Shown one piece after another: positions 52,054 to 59,833 of a stretch of DNA of 59,833 nucleotides. Both the position numbers and the translations under genes were made by a program. Location: assembly GCA_041481485.1 (NCBI GenBank), contig JBGPBY010000001.1:1-59833 (forward strand), written 5' to 3'. Position 1 is the first letter of the stretch; every line of letters begins with the position of its first letter. The notes under the pieces are model-generated. The model did no database searches, was not told where the DNA came from, and saw nothing but the letters and a program-made list of their open reading frames with translations. Origin of the DNA: Terriglobia bacterium. GTDB lineage: Bacteria > Acidobacteriota > Terriglobia > 20CM-2-55-15.

Positions 52054-52794
52054 ATGGACATCATTCCGGAGCCGGCGTCCGTCCGTCCGGAATGGACGTT
52101 CTCCGACCTGGTTGTGTTTGGGACATTTTTTGTTCTCACGCTGCTGGTATTGCCCGGGGTAATTGTCAGCATCCTGGGCATTTTCATTCGCGGCCTGTCG
52201 GTAGAGCATATTTCAGGGGTGGTGCAGTTCCTGATTCAGGGAGTACTTACTCTGACGTGGGTCGGATTTATTGTCTTTTTGATCCGAGTCGTTCATCAAC
52301 GCCCGGTTCGGGAAAGTCTGCACTGGTTTCCTTCGCGAACACACGGCGTCGTCAGACTGATATTTCTTGGCATCACGCTGGCAGTGATTGCACTTCTGGT
52401 AACTGCACGCTTTCCACCGGACAAAGCCACACCCATTGAAAAACTCGTTGAGACCCCGGGATCACTTTACCTGCTCATCGTGTTCGGAATCTTCTTTGCG
52501 CCCATCACCGAAGAAATTATGTTTCGCGGGTTTCTTTTTGGAGTTTTTTCGGCTCTTGGAGGAAAACGTCTGGCGATTCCCGGGACTGCTCTCCTTTTTG
52601 CTCTCGTTCATGCACCGCAGTTGGCGGGAAGCTGGGCGGGGATCGTCTTGATTTTTATCGTGGGGTATGTGTTGTCGATTATCCGCCAGCGCTCCAACTC
52701 GATAGTGCCGTCCTTCATCGTGCATACCGCTTATAACAGCATGCTTTTTGGCGCTGGCGCGTTAAGCGCCCTGCTCCAGCGCGGACAACACTAA
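52054..52794 (+). CDS. CPBP family intramembrane glutamic endopeptidase (CAAX protease/Abi)
   Basis: EExxxR motif (ITEEIMFRGFLF). FxxxH motif (LFALVHAP). HxxxN motif (FIVHTAYNS). Multiple TM helices. Confidence 0.85.
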   Translation: MDIIPEPASVRPEWTFSDLVVFGTFFVLTLLVLPGVIVSILGIFIRGLSVEHISGVVQFLIQGVLTLTWVGFIVFLIRVVHQRPVRESLHWFPSRTHGVVRLIFLGITLAVIALLVTARFPPDKATPIEKLVETPGSLYLLIVFGIFFAPITEEIMFRGFLFGVFSALGGKRLAIPGTALLFALVHAPQLAGSWAGIVLIFIVGYVLSIIRQRSNSIVPSFIVHTAYNSMLFGAGALSALLQRGQH

Positions 52795-53864
52795 TTTACA
52801 TATCGTTCATAAAGGCTGGTTCGCTGACGGGGTGTGAAGCCGGCATCCTGGATAATTCGCCGGAGTTCGCCATCATTGGCGCGGTTGCGGGCTCCCGCGG
52901 CGCTGATCACATTTTCTTCGATCATGATGCTTCCCATGTCGTTGACTCCGAATCGAAGTCCAACCTGGCCGATTTTCAGACCGACGGTAAGCCATGAAAC
53001 CTGAATATTGTCGACATTGTCGAGATACAGCCGGCACAGGGCGAGTAACCGGAGATATTCTGCGGCCGTTACTCGGGGGATTTTCCGCTTCCCGAGCTCG
53101 GTATGTTCATCCTGGAATGTCCACGGAATAAACGCGGTAAACCCGCCAGTTTCATCCTGGAGCATGCGGACTTTCTCCAGATGGTTGATTCGATGTCGCA
53201 GGGCTTCGCCGACACCGATCATCATGGTTGCAGTGGTCTTCAGATTTAAATGATGCGCTTCGCGATGGACCATGAGCCAGTCGGCACTGTTGCACTTGAG
53301 AGGACTGATATCACTGCGAATTTCGTCGTCAAGAATCTCGCCGCCGCCGCCCGGCATGGAATCCAGTCCGGCCGCCTTCAGGCGTTGAAGAGTTTGAGGG
53401 ACGGTAAGCCGGGATACTTTGGCAATATTGAGAATCTCTGACGGTGAAAAACAATGGCAGTGGATCTGGAATTTTTCTTTGATACCCGATAGCAGTCTTT
53501 CGTAGTAGTCGATTTTCAAATCCGGGTGAACGCCGCCCTGCATGAGAATTCCGGTTCCGCCTAATGCAAGCGTCTCTTCAATTTTCCGGTAAATCACATG
53601 GTCGGGAAGGACATATGCTTCGTTGTCGCCTTTGATGCGATAAAAGGCGCAAAACGTGCAAAATTCCTTACACACGTTCGTGTAGTTGATATTCCGATCG
53701 ATGATATAGCTGATGACATTGCCCGGATGGCGCCTCTGCCGGACCTGATCGGCCGCATCGGCCAGATCGACGAGATCTGCCTTCTCATAAATCAACGCGG
53801 CGTTTTCCGCTGTGATGCGGACACCGTCTACGGCAGATTGAAGAATCTTTGTGATATCGCTCAT
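52791..53864 (-). CDS. futalosine-pathway radical SAM enzyme (MqnC or MqnE type)
   Basis: NINYTNVCKEFCTFCAFYR cluster motif and CofH/MqnC/MqnE-like length. ATGA-coupled to mqnA. Confidence 0.8.
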   Translation of the reverse strand: MSDITKILQSAVDGVRITAENAALIYEKADLVDLADAADQVRQRRHPGNVISYIIDRNINYTNVCKEFCTFCAFYRIKGDNEAYVLPDHVIYRKIEETLALGGTGILMQGGVHPDLKIDYYERLLSGIKEKFQIHCHCFSPSEILNIAKVSRLTVPQTLQRLKAAGLDSMPGGGGEILDDEIRSDISPLKCNSADWLMVHREAHHLNLKTTATMMIGVGEALRHRINHLEKVRMLQDETGGFTAFIPWTFQDEHTELGKRKIPRVTAAEYLRLLALCRLYLDNVDNIQVSWLTVGLKIGQVGLRFGVNDMGSIMIEENVISAAGARNRANDGELRRIIQDAGFTPRQRTSLYERYVN

Positions 53865-54721
53865 AGAAATTCCAGCGTTCTTGGAGATGGAATTGCGCCG
53901 ATATGGGCAGCCTTTTCATAAAAAAGCTGCAGACCTGCGGCACACTCCGAATCCATGAAGTAAGAAACGGTCCGATCCAAATATTCCTGCAAATATTCCT
54001 TCCGGATCGAAAGAGTCTGCGAGTAACGTTCCGCAATGGTCGTTGTGTTTGCGACCCCGAAATCACGGGATGCCTTCAGCAGATGTGTGGTGTTCCCGTT
54101 CTGAAAACCGGGACGGCTTGCCCAAAATGCGAAAACGAACGGCAACCCCGTAAGCACTTTCCATCGTTCAACCATATCGAATACAAATAGAGGTTCCGGA
54201 CTGAGTTTCAAAAGAGCCTTTTGCTTTTCCGCATTCGGCTGCTCGTTTGCTTCCATGAACTTCAGCGCCGGATCGCCAATGATGACTGCGGCATCCGCCT
54301 TGGCGAGCATGGTTTCCAGATTCGGTTCCGTAGTTCGAAACTCAGGCCGGACATGATTGAATTCGTCCAGAAGGATGCGCGCCAGGACCACTGAAGTTCG
54401 GGAACTGCTGTCACTTGCAACGGTTTTGATTTCCCACAAGGGTTTGTTGCTGATCAGCAGCACGCTGCGCACACGATGACGGCACGCGATAACCGGACCC
54501 GCGACAATTTTTGAACCTTTGATTCGCTGGAATTCGATGGAAGGAATCAAGCCGATGTCTACGGTCCCGGCTGACAGTTGGTCCGCGCACTCTGCGGGAG
54601 TGCTCAATACAGTCTCAAAATCGGCCGCTTGTTGTCCTTCAAGAATCCCCCAGGCGAGGGGAGCGGCGTTCAGATACCGGACTATCGATATTTTCGTTTT
54701 GGTCACACGGCATTTTAGCAT
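53861..54721 (-). CDS. mqnA: chorismate dehydratase (MqnA, VitK2_biosynth family)
   Basis: ISIVRYLNAAPLAWG...DIGLIPSIEF...SSRTSVVLARILL is the typical MqnA pattern. Confidence 0.8.
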   Translation of the reverse strand: MLKCRVTKTKISIVRYLNAAPLAWGILEGQQAADFETVLSTPAECADQLSAGTVDIGLIPSIEFQRIKGSKIVAGPVIACRHRVRSVLLISNKPLWEIKTVASDSSSRTSVVLARILLDEFNHVRPEFRTTEPNLETMLAKADAAVIIGDPALKFMEANEQPNAEKQKALLKLSPEPLFVFDMVERWKVLTGLPFVFAFWASRPGFQNGNTTHLLKASRDFGVANTTTIAERYSQTLSIRKEYLQEYLDRTVSYFMDSECAAGLQLFYEKAAHIGAIPSPRTLEFL

Positions 54722-54734
54722 GCCGGTGACGAGC

Positions 54735-55268
54735 TCAAATCACTTGAAACTCCCGGAATACGTACTGATAGAACGGGTCGTTGATGTAGAGCTTGACCCA
54801 ATTCAACCCCGCCACACATTGCGGGAACTGCTCGGAAAGTTTTCGATATACCTCCACGGAGTCCTCACGTTCCATTTCTGAAACCATGTTGTAGGATCGA
54901 CGGCCCTGGGCGGCATAAAACGAAAGGCTCACAGTTTGGTGACCGTAGGTCAAACTCTCGGGAAACAGTCCAAGATTGAACAAGGCGAGGTCCCCGAGGT
55001 GGCGATAACATTCCCGGCGCATTTCGGCCGACATTTCGCGATCGGCCTGAGCGAGGATCTCGCCGACATAGCGTAACTTGTGGCCGGATTCGTCCTGAAT
55101 TCGGTATAGATTTTCCGGATGAATAAAATCGATCAGAAGATTGGTGACGTAATCAATGGTATCTTTGTCGCGGAGCCGGAGTTCTCCCATTCCACGTTCG
55201 GTCAATTGGTGAAAAACCGCCCGCACAGGGTGGTCGTCAGGAATGGAACTCTGAAGATGACGTATCAT
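54735..55268 (-). CDS. conserved hypothetical protein, first gene of the mqnA operon
   Basis: A 177-aa ORF with good coding character that ends 13 nt before mqnA. I recognise no family. Confidence 0.7.
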   Translation of the reverse strand: MIRHLQSSIPDDHPVRAVFHQLTERGMGELRLRDKDTIDYVTNLLIDFIHPENLYRIQDESGHKLRYVGEILAQADREMSAEMRRECYRHLGDLALFNLGLFPESLTYGHQTVSLSFYAAQGRRSYNMVSEMEREDSVEVYRKLSEQFPQCVAGLNWVKLYINDPFYQYVFREFQVI

Positions 55269-55314
55269 TGATCACCTCGTATTTCTATAGACGTCCGGAC
55301 GCGACGGGGGTTGC

Positions 55315-56451
55315 ATGCAAGTAGCCATCACCGGCGCCGGTCCGGCCGGCTGCTGGGCGGCCATCCAGCTTGCAAATCGTGGTCATTCCGTTACCCTCAT
55401 TGACGCTCTGGCCCCCTGGGAAAAGCCCTGTGGAGGCGGCGTAACAACCAAAGCCCTTGATCGATTCGGTATCTTTACGACTAATCTTCCCCGAGTGGAC
55501 ATCCAGGAAGTAACAGTTTTCTTTGGGGACCGGGAGCACGTCAGCCTTACTCCGCAGACACCGCTTGCCGTCGTTTCGCGCCAGGAACTCGGAAAACACC
55601 TTCTGGACCAGGCCATCCAAGCGGGTGTTCAGCTGATCAAAGACAGAGTTACCGGCATTCGGCAGGAAGGCTCACGCTGGCGGCTTACTGGAAGGCAGTC
55701 GGAAACCGTGGGGGACTTTCTGGTCGGCGCTGACGGCGCAACCAGCATGGTCCGGAGGATCCTGGGAACTCCGCTCACTGCAGAGGAACTCTGCGTGACG
55801 ATGGGCTATTTTATTCCGGGTACCTTTCCGGCGCAAATGAAGATTTTTTTTGTCCCGGCACTGGAGGGCTACATCTGGTCTTTTCCCCGCCCGACTCACC
55901 TCTCCTACGGATTGATCACGCGGAGCGAACCGGCCTGGAATACAAGAGCAAAATCCCTGCTTTCAAATTTCATCGAAGCGGATCTTGGCACTCTCGTGAT
56001 GGACCAGGCCGAGTTTTACAGTGCGCCGGTTCCCTGCCTCAGTCCTAAATCGTGGAAGCGAAACACCATTTCCGGTGATCGCTGGGCCCTGATTGGCGAT
56101 GCGGCGGGGCTGGTCGATCCGATCACCGGCGAAGGCATTTATTTCGCGTTTCGCTCCGCGCAAATTCTGGCAGAAACAATTGAACAACCCGGCGCCTACT
56201 CGAAAGCCATATCTTCCGATGTCGGAAAAGAACTGGCATTGGCCGCCAGAATGTACCGGCGATTCTATCGGGGCCACTTTCTCGGTGGAGATTTTCGAAA
56301 GCGCACCGTTCAGCTGGCCCGACGAAGCCGAACCATACGGCAAATCCTCGGCAATCTCATTGGCGGGAATCAGCCCTACACTGGGCTTAAGAAGAAGCTT
56401 TTTCTCTCCATTCCTTCGGTTGGGTGGGATTTGTTATCGGCCAGAAAGTAG
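55315..56451 (+). CDS. FAD-dependent geranylgeranyl reductase family oxidoreductase
   Basis: VAITGAGPAGCWAA dinucleotide-binding motif, PCGGG and GDAAGLVDPITGEGI motifs. Confidence 0.8.
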   Translation: MQVAITGAGPAGCWAAIQLANRGHSVTLIDALAPWEKPCGGGVTTKALDRFGIFTTNLPRVDIQEVTVFFGDREHVSLTPQTPLAVVSRQELGKHLLDQAIQAGVQLIKDRVTGIRQEGSRWRLTGRQSETVGDFLVGADGATSMVRRILGTPLTAEELCVTMGYFIPGTFPAQMKIFFVPALEGYIWSFPRPTHLSYGLITRSEPAWNTRAKSLLSNFIEADLGTLVMDQAEFYSAPVPCLSPKSWKRNTISGDRWALIGDAAGLVDPITGEGIYFAFRSAQILAETIEQPGAYSKAISSDVGKELALAARMYRRFYRGHFLGGDFRKRTVQLARRSRTIRQILGNLIGGNQPYTGLKKKLFLSIPSVGWDLLSARK

Positions 56452-57629
56452 CAAACTCATTGGGAATTGCGGCTGATTTCATACTGGTGCTCGTGGCGGG
56501 TTTGATTGGTGGCATCCTCGCCCGGCTGCTGAGACTTCCAATGCTGGTGGGGTATGTGATTGGCGGCATTTTCGTCGGCCCTCATACCGCGGGCCCGACC
56601 GTTGTTCAAGTCCACGACATTGAGCTCCTTGCGGAAATTGGCGTCGCTCTCCTGCTGTTCTCTCTGGGATTGGAGGTGTCTTTTCGCGATTTGAAGCCGG
56701 TGCGCACCGTTGCATTGATTGGCGGTCCGATTCAAATTGTCCTCGTGGTTACGCTTGGGGCCTTGGCTGTTTTATACGGTTTACGCCTGAGTATTTCAGA
56801 ATCACTTTGGTTTGGCGCAATGATTTCCGTGTCGAGCACAATGGTCGTTGTGAAAATCCTGGCCGAGGAGGGCCGCACATCGACTCTTGCCAGCCGCGTT
56901 ATGATTGGCCTGCTCATCGTCCAGGATCTCGCGGTTATTCCAATGCTGATCATCCTTCCTCAACTGGGCAATCCCGACGATATCCTGCTACGCGTCGCGC
57001 GATCGTTTGCCATCGTCGCACTGATGCTGGTCTCAGTCTTCTTTGTTGGCACCCGGCTGCTTCCGCTCGCGCTAAAGTTTGCGCTGGCATTGGGAGCCAG
57101 AGAGTTATTCCTGGTTGCAACGGTGACCATCGCCGTGGGCGTGGGGTACGCAGCGCATGCCGCAGGACTGTCATTTGCCCTTGGCGCATTCATTGCCGGA
57201 ATCGTGATTAGCGAGACGGAATTCAGCCATCAGGCTCTGACGGATGTCGTTCCAATACGAGATCTGTTTGGATTGCTGTTCTTTGTGACCGTAGGCATGC
57301 TCTTCGATCCTGCCTTTGTGCTGGGCCATCCCTTCCAGATTCTTATCACTGTAGCCGCGATTTTTATCGGGAAGGCTATTATTATCGGAGGATCAACACG
57401 CTTGTTCGGCTACACCAAACTCGCACCGTGGATTGTGGGGTTGGGACTATCGCAGATTGGCGAGTTTTCATTCGTACTCGCGCGGACGGGGCTCAACGGC
57501 GGATTCCTGTCGAAGGAGACCTATGAACTCGCGCTGACTTCCACAATCCTTACAATGGCGCTGGCTCCGCTGGTGTGCCGAGCGGCGTTGCCGCTCGGCC
57601 GAATGTGGCAAGTCAGTAATCAGCAGTGA
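56424..57629 (+). CDS. cation:proton antiporter (CPA2/Kef-type membrane domain only)
   Basis: LRLPMLVGYVIGGIFVGP and about 11-12 hydrophobic helices. There is no C-terminal RCK/TrkA domain. The start is ambiguous: GTG at 56424 (28-nt overlap with the upstream gene) or TTG at 56460. Confidence 0.8.
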   Translation: MGFVIGQKVANSLGIAADFILVLVAGLIGGILARLLRLPMLVGYVIGGIFVGPHTAGPTVVQVHDIELLAEIGVALLLFSLGLEVSFRDLKPVRTVALIGGPIQIVLVVTLGALAVLYGLRLSISESLWFGAMISVSSTMVVVKILAEEGRTSTLASRVMIGLLIVQDLAVIPMLIILPQLGNPDDILLRVARSFAIVALMLVSVFFVGTRLLPLALKFALALGARELFLVATVTIAVGVGYAAHAAGLSFALGAFIAGIVISETEFSHQALTDVVPIRDLFGLLFFVTVGMLFDPAFVLGHPFQILITVAAIFIGKAIIIGGSTRLFGYTKLAPWIVGLGLSQIGEFSFVLARTGLNGGFLSKETYELALTSTILTMALAPLVCRAALPLGRMWQVSNQQ

Positions 57630-57677
57630 CTATGTATTCGACTTTCTACACTACTTCCGGAAGAACCACGAACTCGG

Positions 57678-59833
57678 TCAATTGACCAGGGGAGGCGTTT
57701 CCTCGGCTTCGTTTTCAACCAGTGTTGTGGCGGCGGTAACTTTGTCATCGTCGTCCAGATTGATCAGTCGCACTCCCTGGCTGGCGCGTCCAACCGCGCG
57801 AATATCCGTGGAGCGCACGCGGATCAATTTGCCATTGGCAGTCATGACCAACACATCGGAATCTTCCTGAACCGGCATAATCGCGACGACCTTGCCGTTC
57901 TTCTCCATCGTCTTGACGTTGATGATGCCCTTTCCACCGCGGCCCTGCACCCGATACTCGTCCACGTTGGTGCGCTTGCCAAATCCGCGTTCGGTCACCG
58001 AAAGGACGAGTTCGTCCTCACTTCTGGAAACGATCATCGACACCACGTAATCGCCTTCTTCCAGCCGGATTCCGATGACACCATAGGCCTGCCTCCCCAT
58101 TTCGCGCACATCCGCGTGTTCAAATCGAATGCACAGACCATCGTGAGTTCCGATGAAGACGGTTTCCTTTGAGGAAACAAGCTGCGCGGCAATGAGTTCG
58201 TCATCTTCCGGCACGCCCATGGCAATGATTCCTCTGCTCGTCGGGTTATTGAAATTCTCGAGGGAGGTTTTCTTTACCTGACCCTGGCGTGTGGCCATCA
58301 TGACAAACACCGAAGGGTCAAATTCCTTCACGGAAAGAAGCGCGCGAACTCCCTCACCGGGAAGCAGGTTGGCGAGATTCACGATGGCTTTTCCTTTACC
58401 TGCGGTGCCAACATCCGGAATCTCATAGACCTTCAGCCAATAGAGCCGGCCACGGTCCGTAAAGATGAGCATGTAGCTGTGGGTATTGGCGACAAAGACA
58501 TTAGTGACTACATCTTCGTCACGTGTCTTCATCCCAATGCGGCCCTTTCCGCCGCGACCCTGATTTCGATAGACAGTCTGAGGCGTTCGTTTCAGATAGC
58601 CGGTGTGAGTGACGGTAATCACAACGTCCTCCTCCGCTATCAGGTCTTCGAGGCGGATGTCTGCCTCTTCATCCATGATTCCGGTGCGGCGTTCGTCGCC
58701 AAACTTCTCCTTCACTTCGCGGAATTCTTCGATTACGACCAGTCGGAGTTTGGATTCGTTTGCCAGGATGTCTTTCAATTCAGCAATGCGTTCGCGAAGC
58801 TCATTCAACTCGTCGATAATTTTTTGCCGCTCAAGGCCAGTCAGGCGCTGGAGCTGCATTTCGAGAATCGCTTTGGCCTGAACTTCAGTGGACTCAAATT
58901 GGGCGATCAACCCTTCGCGCGCTTCGGCCCCGGTTTTTGCGGCGCGGATCAGTGTGATGATGGCATCGATATGATCGAGCGCTTTCTGCAGGCCTTCAAG
59001 AATGTGCGCCCGAGCTTCAGCCTTGCGCAATTCGAACTGGGTACGGCGCCGCACAATGTCCACGCGATGTTCGATGAAGTTGCGGAGCAATTCCATCAGC
59101 GTGAGTACTTTGGGCTGGCCGTTGACGATGGCGAGGTTGATCACGCCAAATGTCGTCTGCATCGGCGTAAGCTTGTAGAGATTGTTCAGAATGACGGGAG
59201 ATTGCTCTCCGCGTTTCAGCTCGATGACGATGCGCATTCCGTCGCGGTCGCTTTCGTCCCGAATATCGGAAATCCCTTCGAGCTTTTTGTCGGTTACGAG
59301 TTCCGCGATTTTCTCTATCAATCGCGCCTTGTTGATCTGATACGGAATTTCCGTAACAACGATAACTTCCCGGTCCTTACCTTGTCTCTCAATAATCGCG
59401 CGGGCGCGCATGGTCAGACTACCGCGGCCGGTGGCATAGGCCTGCCGGATTCCTGAGCGTCCGTAAATGAACCCCGCGGTTGGAAAGTCCGGACCTTTGA
59501 TCATCCCCGTGATTTCAGCGAGGGTCGCGCCGGGATTGTCCATCAGATGAATCAAGCCGTCACAGACTTCGGAGAGGTTGTGCGGAGGCATGTTGGTTGC
59601 CATACCGACCGCGATTCCGCCGGAACCATTGACGAGAAGATTGGGAATTCGGCTGGGCAAATAGGACGGCTCTTCGCGTTCTTCGTCGTAGTTGGGAACA
59701 AATTCGACGGTATCTTTGTCGATGTCCTCCAGAAGAGCTTCGGACAATGCCGTCATTCGGGCTTCGGTGTAGCGCATCGCGGCAGGGGGATCGCCATCGA
59801 CGGAACCGAAATTACCCTGGCCGTCGACCAGCG
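57678..59833 (-). CDS. gyrA: DNA gyrase subunit A, C-terminal ~718 aa; the gene runs off the right edge
   Basis: The frame continues upstream of the track start: 59833-59778 encodes [26 protein letters not shown]. The C-terminal beta-pinwheel repeats are present. Confidence 0.95.
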   Translation of the reverse strand, partial: LVDGQGNFGSVDGDPPAAMRYTEARMTALSEALLEDIDKDTVEFVPNYDEEREEPSYLPSRIPNLLVNGSGGIAVGMATNMPPHNLSEVCDGLIHLMDNPGATLAEITGMIKGPDFPTAGFIYGRSGIRQAYATGRGSLTMRARAIIERQGKDREVIVVTEIPYQINKARLIEKIAELVTDKKLEGISDIRDESDRDGMRIVIELKRGEQSPVILNNLYKLTPMQTTFGVINLAIVNGQPKVLTLMELLRNFIEHRVDIVRRRTQFELRKAEARAHILEGLQKALDHIDAIITLIRAAKTGAEAREGLIAQFESTEVQAKAILEMQLQRLTGLERQKIIDELNELRERIAELKDILANESKLRLVVIEEFREVKEKFGDERRTGIMDEEADIRLEDLIAEEDVVITVTHTGYLKRTPQTVYRNQGRGGKGRIGMKTRDEDVVTNVFVANTHSYMLIFTDRGRLYWLKVYEIPDVGTAGKGKAIVNLANLLPGEGVRALLSVKEFDPSVFVMMATRQGQVKKTSLENFNNPTSRGIIAMGVPEDDELIAAQLVSSKETVFIGTHDGLCIRFEHADVREMGRQAYGVIGIRLEEGDYVVSMIVSRSEDELVLSVTERGFGKRTNVDEYRVQGRGGKGIINVKTMEKNGKVVAIMPVQEDSDVLVMTANGKLIRVRSTDIRAVGRASQGVRLINLDDDDKVTAATTLVENEAEETPPLVN

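Noticed and set aside
1-59833. tRNA, rRNA, tmRNA, RNase P, riboswitch, transposase, integrase, prophage or toxin-antitoxin/defence modules
   Set aside because: Scanning by eye, I saw no T-loop/acceptor-like sequences, conserved rRNA blocks, recombinase motifs or known defence-gene signatures. A covariance-model scan (tRNAscan-SE, Infernal/Rfam) is still needed to exclude small RNAs.

Overview
This is a 59.8-kb, very gene-dense stretch of bacterial chromosome with about 60 CDS on both strands and mid-to-high GC. The gene content suggests an Acidobacteria-like soil bacterium: a VWFA-type secreted protein, a CarboxypepD_reg secreted protein, DUF1552, futalosine-pathway menaquinone genes and a PQQ quinoprotein. 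That taxonomic call is inference only.

Most of the window is housekeeping:
- DNA repair, replication and topology: mfd, uvrA, gyrA (partial), ruvX.
- Arginine: an arginine regulon split into argC-argB-GNAT (+ strand) and argF-argG-argH (- strand), plus argR.
- Purine-linked operon: larE-like-purD-purE-mtaB.
- Envelope, sugar and cell-wall genes: lepB, galU, gmhA, an RfaE-II-like adenylyltransferase, rfbC, mltG, pgeF, acpS.
- tRNA and rRNA modification: rsmI, a pseudouridine synthase, mtaB.
- Menaquinone: mqnA plus an mqnC/E-type radical SAM gene.
- Flagellar corner: csrA-fliW, a FlgN-like gene and a truncated NeuB-type synthase.

I found no rRNA, tRNA, CRISPR array, transposase, integrase or recognisable defence gene. 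I do not see a self-contained novel multi-gene system and I say so plainly.

The best leads are:
1. Two families of palindromic interspersed repeats, three copies each. One pair brackets a proline-rich secreted-protein gene.
2. Mirrored arg operators: tandem ARG boxes over the -10 element and the first codons of what look like leaderless argC and argF transcripts.
3. An S41 peptidase homolog with both catalytic dyad residues replaced.
4. A 67-aa stand-alone histidine-kinase DHp domain, divergent from an orphan sigma54 activator.
5. An orphan PQQ dehydrogenase with a lanthanide-type D-x-D signature and a Gly/Arg-rich linker.
6. Extreme gene packing: many ATGA/GTGA coupled junctions, overlapping convergent stops and a 95-nt argF/argG overlap.

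All family assignments rest on motif recognition by eye from the supplied translations. No database search was run.
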